Shown piece by piece: positions 44,239 through 53,877 of a DNA stretch of 64,000 bases. The stretch lies in NCBI GenBank assembly GCA_965243205.1, contig CBDEUK010000002.1, positions 1,728,001 through 1,792,000 on the forward strand, read 5' to 3'. A model generated the notes under the pieces. The model saw only the letters and a program-made list of their open reading frames with translations, did no database searches and was not told the DNA's origin. Positions within the stretch are counted from its first letter, which is position 1. Every line of letters starts with the position of its first letter. The translations under genes and the position numbers were made by a program. Source of the DNA: Gammaproteobacteria bacterium. Its GTDB lineage: Bacteria > Pseudomonadota > Gammaproteobacteria > Eutrophobiales > Eutrophobiaceae.

Positions 44239-44634
44239 ATGAGTATCAAAGTTGATGTTTCAGTTGGTGAATTTATTGATAAGCTTACGATTTTACAGAT
44301 AAAGAGTGAGAGAATAAGCGATCCGACAAAGTTGGAAAATATAAACCGAGAAAAAACGGTTTTAGAGTTGGAATGGCAAAACTCTATATACAAAGATCTT
44401 GATATAAATTCACAAAAAGAAAAACTTTTAGCGATTAATGAGTCTTTATGGGAAATAGAGGACGACATTCGCGATAAGGAAAAAGCTGGAGAGTTTGATC
44501 CAGTATTTATAGAGCTCGCTCGCTCAGTGTATATAACCAATGATAAACGTGCGGCAGTAAAAAAAGAAATAAACGCAATATCAGGCTCTACCTTAGTAGA
44601 AGAAAAGTCATATTCGGATTATCAGAGAAAATAA
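44239..44634 (+). CDS. DUF6165-like protein
   Basis: VS.GE..DK.TIL.IK.ERI.D..KL.N, L..IN..LW.IEDDIR..E, LARSVY.TND.RA..K..IN...GS.L.EEKSY. Confidence 0.8.
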   Translation: MSIKVDVSVGEFIDKLTILQIKSERISDPTKLENINREKTVLELEWQNSIYKDLDINSQKEKLLAINESLWEIEDDIRDKEKAGEFDPVFIELARSVYITNDKRAAVKKEINAISGSTLVEEKSYSDYQRK

Positions 44635-45551
44635 CGGTTAATATGATCTAATACTTTATCAACATGAATATCGGTTAAGTTTTTTGCTTTAATAGTAGAA
44701 AACTGACTGTTTTTAATAAAATGATGGATGTTTGTTTCGTGCCCTCCAAATAAGGTAAGTCCTTTAGCCCCAACAAATGCTGCTAAATGCGTCGGGCCTG
44801 TATCGTTGCCGATTACGAAAGATGCTTTTTTGCATACTTCTGCGGTTTCAAAAAAATCTAAACTTTTATCATCATTTTTAAGCAAGCATTTAAATTGAAA
44901 ACTTTTTGCTTCCTCTATTTCATCTGGCCCAGGAATCGAGACAGGAGTGATATTTTTAGACATCAAATCTTTTGCCAAAGCATCATAATATGGCCAGCGT
45001 TTATCCATATTTTTTTTCGAACAACCGTGAAATAAAATAGCGAAAGGGTTTTCAAGAATACCTTCTTCTTGTAACAGGTTTGTTATTTTTGCAGTCATCC
45101 ATGATAAATCAGGTTTAAGAGTGTTGTTTGATGGTATGTCGCAGTTACTTAATAATCGCTCCAACTGTGTTTGATTATTATAAAAATAAGGTTTTTTCTC
45201 AATCTGGGCGCTACATTGATAAGCCGTGCCACACCATTCAAGGTTTCTAAATAAAAATTGATAATATAAGTTTGTCCGAGAAGAACATTGTAAATCATAT
45301 ACTTTATCGATTTTTAACCTATTAATTTGTTTTTTTAGTTTAGTTAGTTCGTCTATTCGCCAAACAGGAAGTCTTTTCGTTACTATAACGTTATCTATCC
45401 ATGGACACTGTTCAGCAATAGCTTTATATGGAGGGGTGGTAAGAAGATGAATATTGCTTTTTGAATAATATGAACGGATGTCTTTTATTGCTCCCATTGC
45501 TGAAATGAAATCACCAAAAGCGCCTAGTTTTATTATTAAAATATTTTTCAT
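44622..45551 (-). CDS. Glycosyltransferase family 9
   Basis: ILIIKLGAFGDF, YDLQ, KRWP, IGNDTGPTHLAA..G...LFG. Confidence 0.9.
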   Translation of the reverse strand: MKNILIIKLGAFGDFISAMGAIKDIRSYYSKSNIHLLTTPPYKAIAEQCPWIDNVIVTKRLPVWRIDELTKLKKQINRLKIDKVYDLQCSSRTNLYYQFLFRNLEWCGTAYQCSAQIEKKPYFYNNQTQLERLLSNCDIPSNNTLKPDLSWMTAKITNLLQEEGILENPFAILFHGCSKKNMDKRWPYYDALAKDLMSKNITPVSIPGPDEIEEAKSFQFKCLLKNDDKSLDFFETAEVCKKASFVIGNDTGPTHLAAFVGAKGLTLFGGHETNIHHFIKNSQFSTIKAKNLTDIHVDKVLDHINRYFL

Positions 45552-46609
45552 AAATCTATTTTTGGTTTAGATAAATTATTTTTAGTGAAATATCGCAAAC
45601 GCAATAATGTTTTATTGAATAAATAATTTAATGCAGAAAACCAGTCTTTTCTGTTGGCTAATCTACGAGAATATAGAATAGTATTTTTAGTGTTTGGCTT
45701 TTTATTTGTTTTTGTTTCGATAATGTTATTTAAAATTACAAACAAATTATACTCTTGGACTAACTTGTTTTTTGCTTCTTTTAAAGCTGTATGTCGTTTT
45801 CCATATTCGTTGTTGTTAATAGCGTCTTGTATAATCTGTAAAGATTTATGAGGTTGATAAATATCAATCCGTATAAAACTGTCTTTAGGAAAATAGTCTT
45901 CTAAGTTGGGGCAGCCATAATAAAATGGTAAAGATAGCCCAAGCAGTGGATCGGCTAGCTTTTCAGTCCAATGATGTAATCCAAAATGGTTTTCGATAGC
46001 GATATGATATTTATAATCATCAAGAGCATTCGCTTTATCATCTAACGGTTTTTCTCCACGGCCGTACACGTCTATGTCATTAATGTTTTCTCTGAGCAAT
46101 TGTAAAAACTTAAGTCGTTGGTGATGAATAGTATGAAGTTGTTTTTTATTTGACCAGACTACGGAAAGATTTTTTGTTTTAGGAATAACATCACTTACGA
46201 TATTGTTATAAGATTTAATGGTTTGGTTGCCAACTCCATAAAACCAAAATAATGAAGGTTGTGTGTAATGCCGGTTTTTATGAGGTAATGCGTATTTTGG
46301 TTGACTGGTTAGCACATGCCCAAATTGTTTTGTGTAGTTATTGCCATAATACTTGATAGAAGAAGGCTCTTGAGTAATTAAAATAGTATTGTTTGGATGG
46401 CAGCGAAGCTCTTCTTGGCTTAAGGTGATTCTGGTGCCTGTGGGTCTCGGCATGTCTTCATAAACAACTAACCAATCGTATTCAGACTCATCTTTATCAA
46501 AAATAAACAAACAGTTTTTAAATGACGGGTCATTATTTGGAAGTTGGTGTAACCAAACGGCTTCTTTTTCTGTTGATAAGAATTTTACACGTATAGGCTG
46601 TTTGTTCAT
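45548..46609 (-). CDS. Glycosyltransferase family 10-like (fucosyltransferase-like)
   Basis: YKYHIAIEN...WTEKLAD.LLG...PFYYGCPN, the GT10 donor-binding motif. Confidence 0.75.
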   Translation of the reverse strand: MNKQPIRVKFLSTEKEAVWLHQLPNNDPSFKNCLFIFDKDESEYDWLVVYEDMPRPTGTRITLSQEELRCHPNNTILITQEPSSIKYYGNNYTKQFGHVLTSQPKYALPHKNRHYTQPSLFWFYGVGNQTIKSYNNIVSDVIPKTKNLSVVWSNKKQLHTIHHQRLKFLQLLRENINDIDVYGRGEKPLDDKANALDDYKYHIAIENHFGLHHWTEKLADPLLGLSLPFYYGCPNLEDYFPKDSFIRIDIYQPHKSLQIIQDAINNNEYGKRHTALKEAKNKLVQEYNLFVILNNIIETKTNKKPNTKNTILYSRRLANRKDWFSALNYLFNKTLLRLRYFTKNNLSKPKIDL

Positions 46610-46650
46610 TTTGTTATAATGATGGTTTCTTTTTTTGGTTAATAAACGGT

Positions 46651-47577
46651 ATGCAAATTAAAACGGTAACAATTACAACTGGCGAAATAGGCATGAGGCA
46701 TCAAGCTTTAGGTCTAGCGCGTTGTTTATCTAATGATTATCAAGAGTATATTGTAAAGCCTCCAAAACATCTAAGTCGACTGCCTTCGACTTGGATACCA
46801 AAACGCTTTTTAACTTTACCTGATATTAATAGTGCAAACGTTCTTATAAGTTGTGGTCGTCGCAGCGTAGCATACTCATTGGCACTAAAACAAAAAAATC
46901 CAAATTTATTTACCGTACATATTCAAAACCCTCAAGTATCTTTCAAATATTTTGATATGGTAGTGCCTATGGAACATGATGCTTGTAATGGTGAAAACGT
47001 TTTATCTGTTAAAACAGCATTACATCATTTGCAAAAAGAGGGTTTAGAGTTTGCCGCAGGCCCATTTACAGAAAAACTAAAAAATTTACCAGAGCGTAAA
47101 ATCACCTTCATTTTAGGAGGAAATACCAAAGATTACGAATTTACGCAAAGCAAACTTAATGAAGTTCTTGAAGCTATTAGTGTTGTAAAACAACAAGGAT
47201 ATGGGGTTTTGCTTTCCGTTGCGAGAAGAACACCTATTCATATTGTCGAGCAACTAAAACAATATGAAGATGAGCGTTCTTGGTTTTATTTAGGTAAAGG
47301 AGAAAACCCTTATCTGTGTTTTCTTGGTCAGGCTGACGGCTTTATTGCTACTTCAGACTCCGTCTCAATGGTTTCAGAAATGTTATTTACGGGGAAGCCT
47401 GTTTATTTAATGGATTTAGAGGGCTTTAATAAACGTTTAATGCGATTTAAACAGACATTAATTGAATTAAACATGGTTAGAGAGTGGCACGGACAATTCG
47501 AAACATATACTTACCAAGCGCCGGACGCAAAACAAAAAGTGGCCGAGGCGATAAAACAAAGACTGCTTAATAATTAA
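46651..47577 (+). CDS. ELM1/GtrOC1-family putative glycosyltransferase
   Basis: G...QALGLA, ISCGRR, VHIQNP, FD.VV...HD, LGG, S..RRTP, NPY..FL..AD..I.T.DSVSMVSE...TGKPVY. Confidence 0.85.
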   Translation: MQIKTVTITTGEIGMRHQALGLARCLSNDYQEYIVKPPKHLSRLPSTWIPKRFLTLPDINSANVLISCGRRSVAYSLALKQKNPNLFTVHIQNPQVSFKYFDMVVPMEHDACNGENVLSVKTALHHLQKEGLEFAAGPFTEKLKNLPERKITFILGGNTKDYEFTQSKLNEVLEAISVVKQQGYGVLLSVARRTPIHIVEQLKQYEDERSWFYLGKGENPYLCFLGQADGFIATSDSVSMVSEMLFTGKPVYLMDLEGFNKRLMRFKQTLIELNMVREWHGQFETYTYQAPDAKQKVAEAIKQRLLNN

Positions 47578-48220
47578 TAGGGTTCTCGGGAAAAGCTAGT
47601 TGTTCTCTAGCACGCCATTCATTAGTAACAAAGTTAATCACCAGAGATTTTCTAATACCTTTGATCGTGCGTTTTTCAAAACCATGCCAAGTGTTATTTG
47701 ATGGAATAAAGACCATCGCGGTATTTCTGGCAAATGGTACGGTTCCTGAGTGAGTATCTTTATCGGCATAGTAGTCTGTGCCTAACGATGTATGTTCAGG
47801 ATCATCAGAAAGGTAAAGTAACATGGTAAATACCTTTACCCCGATGTCTGTATGAGGCCCGAGCCAAAAGTCATCCGTGTCTTGTGCGTATTCAATTCTT
47901 AAATAAGAATTTTCCAAGTTAGTTTGGAAGGTGTTTTCAAGCAATGAGATAATTTCTTGTGACTGAAACGCTTCACAGATGGCTTTACAAGCAGAAAATT
48001 CTTTTTGACTCGATTGATCAAAATATCTGCGACTGGAATTGTTTATTTCTCTTGTACCAGAAACACCTTTTAAATCAGGAGCCTCCCAAGGAATATTGCA
48101 TATTTCATCAACGACTGCTTCAGGAAGTAAGTCTTTCAGAACCCAAAAAGGATACGGTTTTTCTAGGGTTTGATCAGGGTTGTTAATACTTGAGATAAGA
48201 GTTTTGGAAACGGTATTCAT
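47567..48220 (-). CDS. 2OG-Fe(II) oxygenase
   Basis: HxD (PHTD), distal His (TWHGF), RxS (RKSLVIN). Confidence 0.85.
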   Translation of the reverse strand: MNTVSKTLISSINNPDQTLEKPYPFWVLKDLLPEAVVDEICNIPWEAPDLKGVSGTREINNSSRRYFDQSSQKEFSACKAICEAFQSQEIISLLENTFQTNLENSYLRIEYAQDTDDFWLGPHTDIGVKVFTMLLYLSDDPEHTSLGTDYYADKDTHSGTVPFARNTAMVFIPSNNTWHGFEKRTIKGIRKSLVINFVTNEWRAREQLAFPENPINY

Positions 48221-48255
48221 TAATTATTTTTTGTCGCAAAAAGTAATAATGCAGC

Positions 48256-49377
48256 TTAACGAATTTCACTAGCAGTAGACAAGTACAGTTGTAACGTTTT
48301 CTCTAACATTTTAGCAGAAGTAAATAATTCATTGGGTTTTATCGAGTAAGGTTTCGAGAGAATTTCTTGAGTCTTAACGATAGCATCATCGACATTATTC
48401 GCTTTACATAAACCTTGTGGAAATAATTCACTTAATACTTCGTGAGCACCACCATGATCATAAGCAACAACAGGTTTGCCCATTGTCAGAGCCTCAGGAG
48501 ATGTGCGGCCAAATGGTTCAGGTTTTTTAGATAGAGAATAAACTAGGTCAGAAATCGAGAGGATTTGTTTGATATCTGGCCTTGAGCCGACAAAAGAAAC
48601 ATAGTTTTGCAACGATAGTTGCTGAGATTTATTTTGCAGTTCATTAAAAAAATGTTGTTTATTGGTATCAAAACCACCAACAATTAATGCATGAAAATCC
48701 ATCCCAGACGTTTTTAAACCATGTACGATATCTAAGAAATCCTCTTGACCTTTCCATCGAGTAATTCGCCCAGGTAAAGTCAATAATATTTTGTCTTTGG
48801 TCTGAGGAAATTCTTTGTGCCACGCTTCTAACCAAGCTTCATTGGCAGAGTAGTTGGCTGGGAAATCCTCAGAGCTGATGCCACGATGAATAATCGTGAT
48901 TTTATTGTGGTCAATACCCGAATAATTATCATGAATATATGATTCAATAAATTGAGAAATCGCAATGATCTTATCCGCTTTTAGCATGATCTTACTATAA
49001 GGACTGACGGAATAAGCACCGTGAATGGTGCTTATTAATTTTGGTCGTTTTGATTTTTCGATCCCACGCATCGCAATATAGTTTACCCAGGCAGGAAACC
49101 GTGAGCGAATGTGTACGATATTGACATCATTCTTAAGAATGATGTCGCGCAAAGCTTTAAAATGGCGAAATGTGAATAAGGATTTTTTTCCTATGGGTAA
49201 AGTAAAATGGGTGCTGCCTTCTTGTTCTAATTGTTTAACCATGCGACCGCCACCAGAAACGACAAGTGAGCGATGGTCGTTTTCAACTAAATATTTCCCT
49301 ACTTCTAACGTGCCACGCTCTACCCCACCCAATTCTAAATGGGGCAGTAGCTGTAATACGGTAAGCTTAGATTTCAC
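48256..49377 (-). CDS. Glycosyltransferase family 4
   Basis: GGVERGT, HIRSRFPAW, PGRITRWKG, PEPFGRT..EAL.MGKPV; GTG start. Confidence 0.9.
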   Translation of the reverse strand: MKSKLTVLQLLPHLELGGVERGTLEVGKYLVENDHRSLVVSGGGRMVKQLEQEGSTHFTLPIGKKSLFTFRHFKALRDIILKNDVNIVHIRSRFPAWVNYIAMRGIEKSKRPKLISTIHGAYSVSPYSKIMLKADKIIAISQFIESYIHDNYSGIDHNKITIIHRGISSEDFPANYSANEAWLEAWHKEFPQTKDKILLTLPGRITRWKGQEDFLDIVHGLKTSGMDFHALIVGGFDTNKQHFFNELQNKSQQLSLQNYVSFVGSRPDIKQILSISDLVYSLSKKPEPFGRTSPEALTMGKPVVAYDHGGAHEVLSELFPQGLCKANNVDDAIVKTQEILSKPYSIKPNELFTSAKMLEKTLQLYLSTASEIR

Positions 49378-49399
49378 TCGTTAAGAAGTAGAAATAGGG

Positions 49400-49576
49400 T
49401 TATTTAATTAACGTGTACTCAGTTCCACAGTAAGGACACTTTACAGAACCAGTTTCTTCAATTGGAAGATAAATGCGAGGGTGAGAGTTCCATAGCGTCA
49501 TTCCCGGCATCGGACATTGTAAAGGTAGTTGATCTGCTTTTATCGTGTAATGAGATTTTTGATTCGCGGTTTCCAT
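49400..49576 (-). CDS. zf-CHCC zinc-finger protein (not in ORF track)
   Basis: Hand translation METANQKSHYTIKADQLPLQCPMPGMTLWNSHPRIYLPIEETGSVKCPYCGTEYTLIK*; C...HP...CPYC ligands. Confidence 0.9.
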   Translation of the reverse strand: METANQKSHYTIKADQLPLQCPMPGMTLWNSHPRIYLPIEETGSVKCPYCGTEYTLIK

Positions 49577-49589
49577 AGATAGTTAGATA

Positions 49590-50510
49590 TTATATATAAT
49601 TTAACCACTCAGAATATTGAGAATGCTTACCTTTAACCAAATCAAAGTATGTCGATTGTAACTTTTCAGTTATTGGACCTTTAGTGCCTGAACCTATGGT
49701 GCGACCATCGAGTTCTCGAATCGGTGTAACCTCAGCAGCTGTACCAGTAAAAAAAGCTTCGTCAGCAGAATAAACTTCATCTCGAGTGATGCGTTTTTCC
49801 ACCACTTCATAACCAAAATCTGCTGCTAGTTGCATGATAGTTTCTCGGGTTATTCCTTCTAGAGCAGAGGTTAGGTCTGGAGTGTAGATAATACCTTTGC
49901 GTACAATAAAAATATTTTCGCCGCTGCCTTCAGCAACATAGCCTTCAACATCGAGTAACAATGCTTCATCGAACCCTAACTCTAAGGCTTCTTGTAAAGC
50001 CAACATAGAGTTCATGTAATTGCCATTTGCTTTAGCTTTACACATAGTGACATTGACGTGATGACGAGAATACGAAGAGGTTTTAATACGAATACCTTTT
50101 TCAAGTCCATCCGCTCCTAGATACGAGCCCCAATGCCAGGCTGCGATCATAACGTGTACTTTTAAATTATCAGCGCGCAAGCCCATGCCTTCGGAGCCAT
50201 AGAAACACATAGGGCGAATATAAGCCGATTTTAGATTGTTCTGTTTAACACTGTCTTTCGTTGCAGCATTGATTGTTTCAACATCATAAGGGATGTCCAT
50301 GCGCAGAATATGGGCAGAACGAAATAAACGTTCGGTATGCTCTTGCAAGCGGAAAATAGCGGTGCCGTTTTGTGCTTCATAGGCGCGTACACCTTCAAAT
50401 ACTCCCATACCATAATGAAGGGTGTGAGTTAAAACATGGGTCTTTGCTTCGCGCCAAGGGACAAACTCTCCGTCTAGCCAGATAACGCCGTCAATATCGG
50501 CCATACTCAT
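49590..50510 (-). CDS. ilvE: Branched-chain amino acid aminotransferase
   Basis: LHYGMGVFEG, AKANGNY, EGSGENIF, GITR, GTAAE. Confidence 0.96.
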   Translation of the reverse strand: MSMADIDGVIWLDGEFVPWREAKTHVLTHTLHYGMGVFEGVRAYEAQNGTAIFRLQEHTERLFRSAHILRMDIPYDVETINAATKDSVKQNNLKSAYIRPMCFYGSEGMGLRADNLKVHVMIAAWHWGSYLGADGLEKGIRIKTSSYSRHHVNVTMCKAKANGNYMNSMLALQEALELGFDEALLLDVEGYVAEGSGENIFIVRKGIIYTPDLTSALEGITRETIMQLAADFGYEVVEKRITRDEVYSADEAFFTGTAAEVTPIRELDGRTIGSGTKGPITEKLQSTYFDLVKGKHSQYSEWLNYI

Positions 50511-50566
50511 ATAAAAACTACTCCAGTAAAATTATTATTTTAAGTAAAAGAGATATTGCACTAGAT

Positions 50567-50587
50567 CATGTTTGACAGTCAAACATG
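50567..50587. promoter_or_regulatory. Perfect 10-1-10 palindrome upstream of ilvE (candidate operator)
   Basis: CATGTTTGAC-A-GTCAAACATG; contains TTGACT on the ilvE strand; no T tract. Confidence 0.5.
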
Positions 50588-50607
50588 GCAGAATCGCAAA
50601 AGGGTAT

Positions 50608-50940
50608 TTATTGAGATTGAAAACGATTTCGAATGCAGTCTAAAACACCGGCTAATTGATCATTTTCGACCGAATAATAAACGGTGCGGCCACGTCTTTC
50701 ACTGACCAATAAACCTTTGCTTTCCATCAAACGTAGATGGCCACTGGTAGCAGGTTGGGATAAGGCACAAATTTGTGCAATAGCATCGACGGTATATTCA
50801 CCCTCTAAAAGAATTTCGATAATGCGCAGGCGGTGAGGATGAGCCATACATTTCAAGCTCTCTGCTGCAGATTTTAAATAATCAAAGGGCAACAGTTCCT
50901 TCGAACGAGAAGTCGTTTTTTTTGCTAATGAATTTGACAC
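50608..50940 (-). CDS. ArsR/SmtB family transcriptional regulator
   Basis: AHPHRLRI, SQPATSGHL..M, R.GR.VYY; GTG start with GGAG RBS. Confidence 0.9.
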   Translation of the reverse strand: MSNSLAKKTTSRSKELLPFDYLKSAAESLKCMAHPHRLRIIEILLEGEYTVDAIAQICALSQPATSGHLRLMESKGLLVSERRGRTVYYSVENDQLAGVLDCIRNRFQSQ

Positions 50941-51054
50941 AGTAGCTCCAAATTTCGCTATATATTATATCCTAACTCAATATATAAAAGAATCAAGATA
51001 TATTCATTTTATTATGTGTCGCTGGAAGCGATTAAGGGTTTTATTTAAATCCGT

Positions 51055-51807
51055 TTATTCGTCTTGTTGGTTTGTGTTGAGTTCGGCTTTTTCATTGATT
51101 GTAAAAAAGTTTTCGCCCATCCATAACCCGAGCTCAAATAGCAGCCATACAGGAATAGCTAATAAAGTTTGAGAAATGATGTCAGGCGGTGTCAGTAACA
51201 TGCCAACGACAAAGGCTGTGATAATGATATATGGGCGTTTTTGGCGTAAAGATTCAGCGTTGGTAATGCCAGTTCGTAACAAGATGATGGTTAATATTGG
51301 TACTTCAAATGCTAGCCCGAACCCAAAAAACAGCTTCAGAATAAAGTTCAAGTAATGACTTATGTCAGTCATTACCGTCACGCCTTCTGGCGCAGCTGCG
51401 GTTAAAAAAGCGAACAATAGAGGAAATACAACAAAAAAGCTGAAAGCGATACCAAGATAAAAAAGAACAATGCTGGATATTAATAAGGGGATAGCCAAAC
51501 TTTTTTCTTGTTCGTATAAGCCAGGAGCGATAAAGCGCCAAACTTCATACAGTATGTATGGCATTACTAAAAACAGAGCGACAAATAATGTTAGTTTGAA
51601 TGGCGCTAAAAATGGTGCCGCAACTTCAGTAGCAATCATGCTGCTATTTGCTGGCAGTTGCTCAATTAGAGGTGATGCAATGAGCTGATATATTTGGTTA
51701 GAGAAAGCAGCTAATAAAACAAAAACCAATAAAGTTGCTGATACAGAACGGATCAAACAAGAACGGAGTTCAATTAAATGCGAGACTAATGTCTGTTCCT
51801 TAGTCAT
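51055..51807 (-). CDS. tatC: Tat translocase TatC
   Basis: HLIELR, FIAPGLY..E, FG..FEVP, LTPPD..SQ. Confidence 0.97.
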   Translation of the reverse strand: MTKEQTLVSHLIELRSCLIRSVSATLLVFVLLAAFSNQIYQLIASPLIEQLPANSSMIATEVAAPFLAPFKLTLFVALFLVMPYILYEVWRFIAPGLYEQEKSLAIPLLISSIVLFYLGIAFSFFVVFPLLFAFLTAAAPEGVTVMTDISHYLNFILKLFFGFGLAFEVPILTIILLRTGITNAESLRQKRPYIIITAFVVGMLLTPPDIISQTLLAIPVWLLFELGLWMGENFFTINEKAELNTNQQDE

Positions 51808-52087
51808 GATGCTTTTCTTGCTGTAATTCAGACTCTTCTTTTTCCAATACTTTATCAGGAGCGTTTTCCATTAAATCATCAAGGTCAGCAATTTTTTGTT
51901 TAAAGCTCTCTTGTTCGTGTAGTAGTAACTGTTGATTGATTTCGCGGCGAGTTTGCTGAATGAAACGGCGAATTTTGTTGATCCAGATGCCTGCTTCACG
52001 GATAAATCCAGGAAATTTTTCAGGGCCAATGACGAATAGTGACACAATGGCGATCAGTAAGAGTTCCCAGAAACCGATATCAAACAT
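51800..52087 (-). CDS. tatB: Tat translocase TatB
   Basis: MFDIGFWELLLI..V.L.V.GPEK.P. Confidence 0.95.
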   Translation of the reverse strand: MFDIGFWELLLIAIVSLFVIGPEKFPGFIREAGIWINKIRRFIQQTRREINQQLLLHEQESFKQKIADLDDLMENAPDKVLEKEESELQQEKHHD

Positions 52088-52119
52088 GACGGTAATAGAG
52101 TGTGATTAGATCAAGAAAA

Positions 52120-52332
52120 CTATTTATTTATATTGTCCGTATTCTTTTCAGCAGCAGAAGAGGACTCAGAAGAATTATCCTCTAATGATTCATTTTTATC
52201 TTTCATCGCATCTTTAAAACCTTTCACCGCACCACCAAGATCACCACCAATATTGCGTAATTTTTTGGTGCCAAATAATAAGGCAACAATGGCTAAGATA
52301 ATGATTAGTTCCCAGATTCCTGGCATACCCAT
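52120..52332 (-). CDS. tatA: Tat translocase TatA
   Basis: [23 protein letters not shown]. Confidence 0.96.
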   Translation of the reverse strand: MGMPGIWELIIILAIVALLFGTKKLRNIGGDLGGAVKGFKDAMKDKNESLEDNSSESSSAAEKNTDNINK

Positions 52333-52359
52333 TTCTATACTCCTAATCTAGTGTAAATA

Positions 52360-52680
52360 TTATTGTTGGCGACTGGCTTTTTCATCGTGGCCAGAAACAC
52401 CAAACCGAGACTCGAGCTCTTTTAATATTAATTCAGGTTCAACTCCTTGATCAGCTAGCATCACAAGGCAATGAAACCATAAGTCAGCTGTTTCATGAAT
52501 GATATCGTCTTTATTCCCACTTTTCGCTGCAAGAATCGTTTCCGTCGCTTCTTCGCCGATCTTTTTTAATATGGAGTCCAAGCCTTTAGCGTAAAGTGTA
52601 GCAACATACGAGCTGTCTGGATCAGCGTTTTTACGCTGTTTGAGAACTTGATTGAGTTTTTCTAAAACAGTGTCTGTCAT
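52360..52680 (-). CDS. hisE: Phosphoribosyl-ATP diphosphatase
   Basis: [22 protein letters not shown]. Confidence 0.96.
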   Translation of the reverse strand: MTDTVLEKLNQVLKQRKNADPDSSYVATLYAKGLDSILKKIGEEATETILAAKSGNKDDIIHETADLWFHCLVMLADQGVEPELILKELESRFGVSGHDEKASRQQ

Positions 52681-53084
52681 GAGTCAGGGTCTTTTTGATA
52701 AATTTGCTTCGGATCTTTAATAACGTCACTAGCGGTCACCCACTGATCTTTCTCAAACTTTTGAAAAAAGCAGCCTTTCCTCCCAGTATGGCATGCAATT
52801 CCGCCGACTTGTTCTACTTTCAGCAAAACAGCATCTGCATCACAATCCAGATAAATCGCTTTTAAAAGTTGAACATGGCCGGACTCTTCTCCTTTACGCC
52901 AAATTTTATTGCGAGAACGAGACCAATAGACCGCTCGTTGTTCCTCTATAGTAAGCGATAGGGCTTCTTGGTTCATCCATGCAAGAGTCAGTACCTCGCC
53001 ATCTAGATGATCTTGGGCAATAGCAGCAATCAGGCCGTTGCTATCCCATTTTACTTGGGCAAGCCAATCCGGCTGAATAGTCAT
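52677..53084 (-). CDS. hisI: Phosphoribosyl-AMP cyclohydrolase
   Basis: [25 protein letters not shown]. Confidence 0.97.
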   Translation of the reverse strand: MTIQPDWLAQVKWDSNGLIAAIAQDHLDGEVLTLAWMNQEALSLTIEEQRAVYWSRSRNKIWRKGEESGHVQLLKAIYLDCDADAVLLKVEQVGGIACHTGRKGCFFQKFEKDQWVTASDVIKDPKQIYQKDPDS

Positions 53085-53854
53085 AGTCGTGTTTCGATGC
53101 CTTGCTGATCCAATAATTGTTTTGCCTCAGCAATAGTGTGATCGCCAAAATGAAAAATACTGGCAGCTAATACGGCATCGGCTTTGCCTTGGCTTACGCC
53201 ATCAGCAAGATGACTTAATTCGCCAACACCACCTGAAGCGATAACAGGAATCGAAACGGCTTCGCTTACTGCTCGTGTTAACTCTATATCAAAACCTTCA
53301 CGGGTTCCGTCACGATCCATACTGGTAAGAAGAATCTCTCCTGCTCCACGTTCACACATTTCTTTTGCCCATTCGATAGCGTCGATACCAGTATCATTGC
53401 GCCCACCGTGAGTGAAGATATTCCATTTTGGATTTTTTGGATCATCATTAACGCGCTTGGCATCAATGGCAACTACGATGCATTGAGCGCCAAGTTTTTC
53501 GGATGCAAGGTTAATAAAATCAGGGTTTTTTACCGCAGCAGTATTGATGCTTACTTTATCGGCCCCAGCGTTGAGCATTTTGCGGATGTCATCCAAGGTT
53601 CGTATACCACCGCCGACAGTTAAAGGAATGAAGACTTGGCTAGCAACTTCTTCAACAACATGAACCATAGTTTCACGATCGTCACTACTTGCGGTGATAT
53701 CCAGAAAAGTAATTTCATCAGCACCTTGCTCATCATAGCGCTTAGCAACTTCTACTGGGTCTCCAGCATCACGAATATCAACAAATTTTACGCCTTTAAC
53801 AACACGTCCAGCGTCGACATCAAGGCAAGGAATAACACGTTTTGCGAGGCCCAT
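53081..53854 (-). CDS. hisF: Imidazole glycerol phosphate synthase cyclase subunit
   Basis: [34 protein letters not shown]. Confidence 0.98.
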   Translation of the reverse strand: MGLAKRVIPCLDVDAGRVVKGVKFVDIRDAGDPVEVAKRYDEQGADEITFLDITASSDDRETMVHVVEEVASQVFIPLTVGGGIRTLDDIRKMLNAGADKVSINTAAVKNPDFINLASEKLGAQCIVVAIDAKRVNDDPKNPKWNIFTHGGRNDTGIDAIEWAKEMCERGAGEILLTSMDRDGTREGFDIELTRAVSEAVSIPVIASGGVGELSHLADGVSQGKADAVLAASIFHFGDHTIAEAKQLLDQQGIETRL

Positions 53855-53877
53855 GCTAATTTGAATAGATCGGTTCT

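Noticed and set aside
44139-44540. 133-aa minus-strand ORF
   Set aside because: Antisense shadow of the DUF6165-like gene.
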